Source of the DNA: Clostridiales bacterium
Lineage (GTDB): Bacteria > Bacillota > Clostridia > Christensenellales > CAG-138
Assembly (NCBI GenBank): GCA_024698505.1
Contig: JAILRE010000050.1
Span: forward strand, 12,663-76,662
DNA: 64,000 nucleotides
Direction: 5' to 3'
Made by a program: the position numbers and the translations under genes. This document shows positions 58,044-64,000 of this stretch, one piece after another. The first letter of the stretch is position 1. Each line of letters begins with the position of its first letter. The notes beneath the pieces are model-generated. The model made no database searches. It saw only the letters and a program-made list of their open reading frames with translations, and was not told where the DNA came from.

Positions 58044-59000
58044 ATGAGCAAAGTTATAGGAGTCAGATTCAAGGAGGGCGGAAAGGTCTATTATTTCGAT
58101 CCCCTCGAGCTTGACATAAAGCCCGGCGACGGCGTTATTGTCGACACCGCAAGGGGCATCGTATTCGGCGACGTAGCTGAACCCCCTCATTTCGTACCCG
58201 AGGAGCAGATCGTCGCTTCCCTCAAGCCCGTTATCCGTATCGCCACGCCCGAGGATCACGAGCAGAGGCGCATTTATAAAGAAAAGGAAAAGGAAGCTTA
58301 CGCCATCTGTCAGAGCAAGATCGAGGAGCACGGCCTCGTAATGAAGCTCGTCGAGGTGGAATACGCCTTCAACGGCTCCAAGATCATGTTCTACTTCACC
58401 GCGGACGGCAGAGTGGATTTCAGAGAGCTCGTCAAGGATCTTGCAAGCATATTCAAAACGAGGATCGAGCTCAGGCAGATCGGCGTGCGCGACGAAGCGA
58501 AGATGCTTGGCGGCCTCGGCGTCTGCGGAAGGCCCATATGCTGTTCGTCCTTCCTCTCCGATTTCATACCCGTTTCCATAAAGATGGCGAAGGAACAGAA
58601 CCTCTCCCTCAACCAGACGAAGATCTCCGGCATCTGCGGCAGGCTGATGTGCTGCCTCAAGTTCGAGCAGTCCGGTTACGAGAGCATGCATAAAATAATG
58701 CCGCGCGTCGGCAAGGAGGTCATCACTCCCGACGGCAACGGCATCGTTGCGGATAATAACGTTATTAGCGAGACGACCGTCGTCAAGGTCCAGCTCTCCG
58801 ACGGCACGTTTGAGATGCGCACCTACCCCTTCCGCGAGCTCATGAACAAGAGCGGCAAGCCCTACGGCGAGGAGTGCGAGGGATGTGAAAACGGCTGCCC
58901 CGCGATGGCGGAAGAGCCGTTTGAGAATTCGGTACCAGTTGAGATCGAGCCCTCAGAGCCTTCCGACGCAGGCGACGGCCCTGACGGTGATACACTCTAA
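58044..59000 (+). CDS. ricT: PSP1-domain protein RicT/YaaT
   Basis: GKVYYFDP, RVDFRELVKDLA, RIELRQIGVRDE, CGRPICC, CGRLMCCL. Confidence 0.92.
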   Translation: MSKVIGVRFKEGGKVYYFDPLELDIKPGDGVIVDTARGIVFGDVAEPPHFVPEEQIVASLKPVIRIATPEDHEQRRIYKEKEKEAYAICQSKIEEHGLVMKLVEVEYAFNGSKIMFYFTADGRVDFRELVKDLASIFKTRIELRQIGVRDEAKMLGGLGVCGRPICCSSFLSDFIPVSIKMAKEQNLSLNQTKISGICGRLMCCLKFEQSGYESMHKIMPRVGKEVITPDGNGIVADNNVISETTVVKVQLSDGTFEMRTYPFRELMNKSGKPYGEECEGCENGCPAMAEEPFENSVPVEIEPSEPSDAGDGPDGDTL

Positions 59001-60104
59001 ATTGCCCTCCGGGCCCGTGTGCTCCGGAGTGGTGGCCTTAACACTGACGTCTTCAATGCCGATGCGGGGAATCGCGTCGGCTATTCTTTTGCGCATTTCA
59101 TCGATATAGGGAGCGAGCTTCGGCTCCTGCGCGGTGATTGTCGCGTCGATATTCGAGACCGCGAATCCGTTCTCCTCCAGCAGGTTCGCCGCCCGTTCAA
59201 GGAGTATCAGGCTTGAAATATCCTTATACTGCGGATCCCTGTCCGGGAAAAGCCTGCCGATATCGCCGAGAGCCGCCGCGCCCAGCATAGCGTCGATAAT
59301 TGCATGGATGAGCGCGTCCGCGTCCGAATGCCCGAGAAGGCCGAGCCTGAACGGGACGTCGACACCGCCGAGGACGAGCCTTCGCCCTTCGACGAGCCTG
59401 TGCGTATCCTCGCCAATGCCGATCCTCATTTTGAGCTTCCCTCCCCCTATCATCCTATCGAAAAACGCAATATCATTTTGCTCCGTCAGCTTCTGGTTGA
59501 CTATGCTTCCCTCGGTCAGTTCGACCTTGCCGTATGCCTTCTGCCAGACGGCAGCGTCGTCCGTAACGTCGCCGGGATCCATATCATAGGCTTCAAGTAG
59601 CATCTGCCGGTCAAAGCACTGGGGCGTCTGCATCATAACAAGGCCTTCCCGTTCGACGGTTTCGCCCGTGTCTGAACGCCTTAAAGTATCCCTAACCTTA
59701 ACGGCTGCGACACCGCTTGAACGGGCTTTGGCGCGCTCTATGGCTCTTTCTATCACGTCGCCCGAAACGAGACACCTTGCGCAGTCATGTATGGCGACGA
59801 TATCGCCCTCCGCCGCCGTGACGCCGTTGAGCACGGAGTCCTGACGGCGCTCGCCGCCTAAGACTATCTTGACGGGCACGGAAGAAACAAGAGAAGCTTC
59901 TGCCGCGGCGTCGCGTGTCTTATCGGAAACGACGATCACGATCTCATCCGCGAACGCGGAAAACGCCCGAACGCAGAGCGCTATCGGCGATTCGCCCCCG
60001 GGCTTTATGGTCATCTTGTTTATGCGCTCGCCGCTTTTGCCAAGCCCCATCCTCGTGGAGCCGCCGGCCGCAAGCAGTATCGCGGAGACCGTTTTTTCTT
60101 CCAT
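58953..60104 (-). CDS. ispDF: Bifunctional IspD/IspF (MEP pathway)
   Basis: IspD: LAAG..TRM, GGERRQDSV, HDCARC, QTPQCF, TDDA. IspF: RIGIGEDTH, GHSDADALIHA, GDIG, NIDAT, KATT. Confidence 0.92.
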   Translation of the reverse strand: MEEKTVSAILLAAGGSTRMGLGKSGERINKMTIKPGGESPIALCVRAFSAFADEIVIVVSDKTRDAAAEASLVSSVPVKIVLGGERRQDSVLNGVTAAEGDIVAIHDCARCLVSGDVIERAIERAKARSSGVAAVKVRDTLRRSDTGETVEREGLVMMQTPQCFDRQMLLEAYDMDPGDVTDDAAVWQKAYGKVELTEGSIVNQKLTEQNDIAFFDRMIGGGKLKMRIGIGEDTHRLVEGRRLVLGGVDVPFRLGLLGHSDADALIHAIIDAMLGAAALGDIGRLFPDRDPQYKDISSLILLERAANLLEENGFAVSNIDATITAQEPKLAPYIDEMRKRIADAIPRIGIEDVSVKATTPEHTGPEGNLECITVRAVACVGRL

Positions 60105-60147
60105 AGTGTTGCTCCCAAAGCCGCGCCGGATAAATACGGCGCGGGAA

Positions 60148-60396
60148 TCATTCGTTGGATATTACGCGGTACATTTCGTCGGCGGCTTCCTTGGCGGCGT
60201 ACTCGCGGATCGACAGTATCTCCGCCGTAAACAGCTTTGCGCCGAGCCTGATCGTTATTATATCGCCCTCTTTGACTTCCGTGGAGGGCTTGGCCACCTT
60301 ATCGTTTATCGATACCCTGCCGGCAGAGCAGGCCTCGTTGGCGACGGTGCGCCTTTTGATTATCCTCGATACCTTCAAATACTTGTCAAGTCTCAT
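60148..60396 (-). CDS. rqcP: S4-domain RNA-binding protein (YabO/RqcP)
   Basis: [23 protein letters not shown]...AKPS..VKEGD. Confidence 0.88.
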   Translation of the reverse strand: MRLDKYLKVSRIIKRRTVANEACSAGRVSINDKVAKPSTEVKEGDIITIRLGAKLFTAEILSIREYAAKEAADEMYRVISNE

Positions 60397-60406
60397 ATCT
60401 TTTCCT

Positions 60407-61840
60407 TTACTTTTTAAGGGAGTCCTCTCCCACTTTTCTTATCGTTTCGATATCCACGGTCAGAGCCGCGTCCTTCTTCCATTCCTTCAGCAGCTCCTGC
60501 CACTGGGAATCCTGCACCTCGGCGAGGCAGACGGCCTTGATCTCTTCATAGATATCGTCCATATCGACAGCGCCGGGCTTTTCATCCCCCGCGTAAAATA
60601 TGATGCGGAAGCAGTCTTCATCCATGAAAACGCGCGAGAACTCGCCCTTTTCGAGCTTCTTGAACTCCTCCTTGACTGTATCGGACCAGTCGTCAAGCCC
60701 GGAATAGGCAAGGCTTATGAGCTCTCCCTTAATGCGGAAGGCTTCGCAGCCTTCGCCGTCCGCGCCGCCCGTTACCCTCTCGTCCTCCGTGTAGCGCAGC
60801 ATGACGTCGTTGAAAGGCTTGCCAAGCAGAAGCTCGGAATAGGCCTTTTCGATCTTTTCGCGCGCCTCAGAAACGTACAGCTCATATTCCTCGTCGGCAG
60901 CCTCCTTGAGGGCGCGGTATTCGTTAAGGATGGCTTCGATCTCACCGGAATGTTCGTCGGATCCGTTAAGCGCGTCCTCGAACGCAAGCTCGGAATACAT
61001 GGCCTTTAGTTCATCCAGGCGGGCTGTCTTCGCCTTATACTCATCCGAAAGGCTCCCCGCGGGAGCAACGACTATCTGCATTATTCTGGAATAACCGGAG
61101 GGGACGTACGTCACGGGATACACGCCGTCCTTCTTTCCGAAATACAGCTCGTAATTCTCCTCGTCTGTCTTGTAGCTTTCGGGGGAATCCGTATAGATCG
61201 TCCTGTCGTTTTCAAGAGCGTTTTCATACCATTCAGCGGCGTCCTCCCTCGTGGGCTCGAACTCCCCGCAGACCTTCTGGCGGTAAGCCTGTACGATGTA
61301 CGACTCCCTGTCTTTCGTTCTGAAATACTCCTGATAATCGGCCCAGCTCATAGCTACGCCGGTATAGTATTCGGACTCGCTGTTCACAAGGCCCTCGAAA
61401 TACGTTTCGACCGAAACGGAGGGATCGTCCCCATGATCCTGCTCCGCGTATTTGGTGAGCTTATCGGAAATATCCTCAATATCCCTATTTATGATCGTCT
61501 CAAGCTCGCTCTCCTGCTCCTCCGTCAGAGTAAAGCCGGACTGCTTTGCCTGGTAGAGCGTCACAAGATCGTCCGTCAGAACGTCGACGAGCCAATCCTG
61601 GAAGCTGTCGAGCGAACTGCGGCTCTCAAGAGGATCGATCCCGTTATACTGCATATAGGGAAGATAGTTTTCAAAGAGCGCCTTGTATTCCGCAAGCGTC
61701 ACGCTTTCTTCGCCGATCGATATAACGCTCGAGGCGGGATCCGAGCTTGCCTTGTTTTTGTTTTTATTCAGCGAGCACGAGGAAAAAGCGCAAGAGGCAA
61801 TAAGAACAATGCACAGCGCATAGCATAAACGTTTTTTCAA
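60407..61840 (-). CDS. PrsA/SurA-like foldase lipoprotein (divergent parvulin-type)
   Basis: Signal peptide with FSSC, SurA-N-like helices, F..VM.RYTED, LEKGEFS motifs; upstream of yabO. Confidence 0.6.
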   Translation of the reverse strand: MKKRLCYALCIVLIASCAFSSCSLNKNKNKASSDPASSVISIGEESVTLAEYKALFENYLPYMQYNGIDPLESRSSLDSFQDWLVDVLTDDLVTLYQAKQSGFTLTEEQESELETIINRDIEDISDKLTKYAEQDHGDDPSVSVETYFEGLVNSESEYYTGVAMSWADYQEYFRTKDRESYIVQAYRQKVCGEFEPTREDAAEWYENALENDRTIYTDSPESYKTDEENYELYFGKKDGVYPVTYVPSGYSRIMQIVVAPAGSLSDEYKAKTARLDELKAMYSELAFEDALNGSDEHSGEIEAILNEYRALKEAADEEYELYVSEAREKIEKAYSELLLGKPFNDVMLRYTEDERVTGGADGEGCEAFRIKGELISLAYSGLDDWSDTVKEEFKKLEKGEFSRVFMDEDCFRIIFYAGDEKPGAVDMDDIYEEIKAVCLAEVQDSQWQELLKEWKKDAALTVDIETIRKVGEDSLKK

Positions 61841-61983
61841 ATATGCTCATCTCCTTCCCGGCAACTGCTTTTTTACGCTCTTATTATATCATTTTGCGCT
61901 CCATATGCAATAGATTTTGGCCTTCGCAGGCGCTCCGTCTTCCGCAGAAGAGAAAAATATTTTATCAAAATCGAATATTATAC

Positions 61984-62012
61984 TTGGCTTCCGCCCCATT
62001 ATGGGGTATAAT
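61984..62012 (+). promoter_or_regulatory. SigA-type promoter
   Basis: TTGGCT-17 bp-TATAAT. Confidence 0.55.
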
Positions 62013-62050
62013 AAAAGATGCGTAAGTACGATTAAAAAGGAGAGTGTGCC

Positions 62051-63919
62051 TTGAATAGATCATTAAAAACAATTACGGCGGTGTTCGTGCTGGCAGCTTT
62101 TATATTCAGTCTGCTGCCCGCGGCTTCGTTCGCCTCGGGTTCGCAGTCGAACGTAACGATATCCGTCTCCCCCACCGAGCTTACTCAGGCGGGAAGCGTT
62201 ACCGTGTCCATCACGATAAACAATACCAATTCCGCGACCGTCCGTCCCACGGATACTCCCGCGCCGACGACAGCTCCTCCCACGGATACCCCCGCCACGC
62301 CGACTCCCACCGCGGCGCCGACCCATACTCCGGCTCCCACGGCCACGCCCGAACCCACTCATACTCCCCCTCCCGCCGAAACCCGTCCCCCTCAAACCGA
62401 GGAGCCGACGCACGAGCCTTCCACACCCGAACCAAAGCCCACGGACGGAGAAATGTCCTCCGGCAACTACGGCGTATCCGTTTTCAGCGCGGCAAGGAGC
62501 TCCCGCTACGCTTCCGTTTCGGCCTCGACCTACTATAACGGCGAGTATTCCAACATCACCATATCGAATTCCTACGGCGTTGCGTTCCAGACCGCGGGCG
62601 TTATAATCCCCGCCGGGACGAGCAAGACGTTTACCGCAACCATGAACGTCACCGATCAGATGATAGGCGTCGATCTTCCGTTCACGGTCACCTGGTATGA
62701 AGGCGCTACCCCCGTCTCCCGTACCGTCACCTGCAAGATCTCCAGAAGGAGCGCTTCTCCTTACCTCTCAGTAACGCGCACAGCCACCCCGGTCAACGCG
62801 TCCGAGGGCACGGAGGTCACCATCAACTACACGTTCACCAATACCGGCGCCGTAACGCTCGTCAACATTTCCCTTGTTGACAGGAACGTTGCCGGAACGA
62901 ACCGCGCGATATTCTCCATCGCCTCGCTTGAGCCCGGCGCTTCGAGGGAATTCGTCTATACGCTCACGATGGGGCAATCGACCATCGTTTCCTCGCCCAT
63001 AGTTACGTTCCGCGCGCAGGGCGGCTCGACCGAGCTTGTGAATAAGGTCCCGACGCTCACCATCGGCCTCATTCAGTCCCAGCTTACAAAGGAGATCGTA
63101 AAGAGCGATCCCACTCCCGAAGGCGTCTCCTTCACCATCTATCTTACCAACAACGGCAACCAGAAGCTCAGCTCCCTCATGGTGACCGACGAGCTCGGCG
63201 CGCAGCTGACGAGCAAGCCCTTCTCTCTCGCCGTCGGCGAGACCAAGGTGATCGAGTACTTCGTCGATAATCCCACCGCCGTCCGTTACGTCGTGTTCAA
63301 TATCGTCGGCGAGGATTACAACGGCACCGAGTTCAGGGACAACACCTCGAGCTACGTCGTCCGTCCCTATATCGATTTCTCCCTGTTGGGGCTCTCCTTC
63401 ACCGCGGTGACGGCATCCTCCCTCAACCAGGACAATATGATAAAGATCGTTTTCAACGTTGAAAACACGGGCTCGCTCGAATTCTTCAACCTCATCGTCA
63501 AGGAGCAGTCCCTCGGCTATGAGCTTCACAAATGGCCCAATCTCCCCGTCGGCGCTTCCGACAAGGTCGAGGTTGAAGTCAACATAGGCGAGGTCAGGGA
63601 TCTGGTATTCATACTCGAAGCGGAGGATTCCTCCGGCAACGTGCATCAGCACGAGGCTTACGTCAATGCCGAAAGCATAGACGTATCCGGTTTGGTCCCC
63701 ACGCAGAATCCCGCGGACAGCGACGGCGAAATAGGCCTTGCGGAGGAGGATCCCGCCCTCGGAAAGAAGCTCGACGGCATCATCACCTCCACCGGTCAGA
63801 AGCTGATGCATTGGTTCCGCATACTCGGCATCATCGCGGCCTGCGCCGCTCTCGTAATGGTGATACTCGGCATCGTCGAGATAATCGTCCGCAGGAACAG
63901 GCGCAGCAGGCAGTCGTAA
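62051..63919 (+). CDS. Secreted, C-terminally anchored surface protein with four DUF11/CARDB-like Ig repeats and a Pro/Thr tract
   Basis: Signal peptide, repeated V.I...TNTG...L.PG.S motifs, C-terminal helix and basic tail. Confidence 0.7.
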   Translation: MNRSLKTITAVFVLAAFIFSLLPAASFASGSQSNVTISVSPTELTQAGSVTVSITINNTNSATVRPTDTPAPTTAPPTDTPATPTPTAAPTHTPAPTATPEPTHTPPPAETRPPQTEEPTHEPSTPEPKPTDGEMSSGNYGVSVFSAARSSRYASVSASTYYNGEYSNITISNSYGVAFQTAGVIIPAGTSKTFTATMNVTDQMIGVDLPFTVTWYEGATPVSRTVTCKISRRSASPYLSVTRTATPVNASEGTEVTINYTFTNTGAVTLVNISLVDRNVAGTNRAIFSIASLEPGASREFVYTLTMGQSTIVSSPIVTFRAQGGSTELVNKVPTLTIGLIQSQLTKEIVKSDPTPEGVSFTIYLTNNGNQKLSSLMVTDELGAQLTSKPFSLAVGETKVIEYFVDNPTAVRYVVFNIVGEDYNGTEFRDNTSSYVVRPYIDFSLLGLSFTAVTASSLNQDNMIKIVFNVENTGSLEFFNLIVKEQSLGYELHKWPNLPVGASDKVEVEVNIGEVRDLVFILEAEDSSGNVHQHEAYVNAESIDVSGLVPTQNPADSDGEIGLAEEDPALGKKLDGIITSTGQKLMHWFRILGIIAACAALVMVILGIVEIIVRRNRRSRQS

Positions 63920-63930
63920 AGTCTGAGAAT

Positions 63931-63969
63931 AAAAAAGTCAGGAGAAACGATCTCCTGACTTTTTCTTTT
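63931..63969 (+). terminator. Intrinsic terminator
   Basis: AAAAAGTCAGGAGA-AACGA-TCTCCTGACTTTTT. Confidence 0.9.
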
Positions 63970-64000
63970 CCCGTATTATTCCTCGAGCGATCTTGCGTAA

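Noticed and set aside
58953-60104. IspD-IspF fusion as a novelty
   Set aside because: Bifunctional IspDF is well known in several bacterial groups.
1-64000. CRISPR array, tRNA/rRNA, transposase, integrase or prophage genes
   Set aside because: No regularly spaced repeats, RNA-gene signatures or recombinase/transposase motifs were seen by eye.

Overview
A 64-kb chromosomal window from a fairly GC-rich Bacillota (Clostridia-like) bacterium. The taxon is inferred from gene content: SigA-type promoters, ecfAAT-truA, yloU-fakA-recG, ptb-buk, ppdK and a SPOCS/LysM spore-coat protein. Most of the window is housekeeping: prmA-rsmE-mtaB-hinT-clp-glycerate kinase, rpmB-glyQS, ppdK, dnaG-rpoD, a class A PBP, ptb-buk, ecfA1A2T-truA, yloU-fakA-recG-rlmD, decarboxylase-holB-ricT, ispDF, rqcP and a PrsA-like foldase. 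Two accessory blocks stand out. (1) Directly after the 3' end of rlmD there is a co-oriented run of short genes, mostly GNAT acetyltransferases, two of them damaged. It is AT-richer by eye, a 10-bp direct repeat flanks the first gene, and a degenerate palindromic motif (CAAATCGGAATTTG-like) occurs at several gene boundaries. This looks like a cassette-accumulation site with no recombinase in view. (2) A carbohydrate locus with GH13 and GH53 lipoproteins, two unknown membrane proteins, a GT-C-like protein and a CUT1 ABC importer whose binding protein has an extra C-terminal domain. Other oddities are a ClpC-like protein with a fully degenerate second AAA+ module and a glycerate kinase with an unexplained ~143-aa N-terminal extension. 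I saw no rRNA, tRNA, CRISPR array, transposase or integrase. All calls come from reading motifs by eye; no database search or computation was run.
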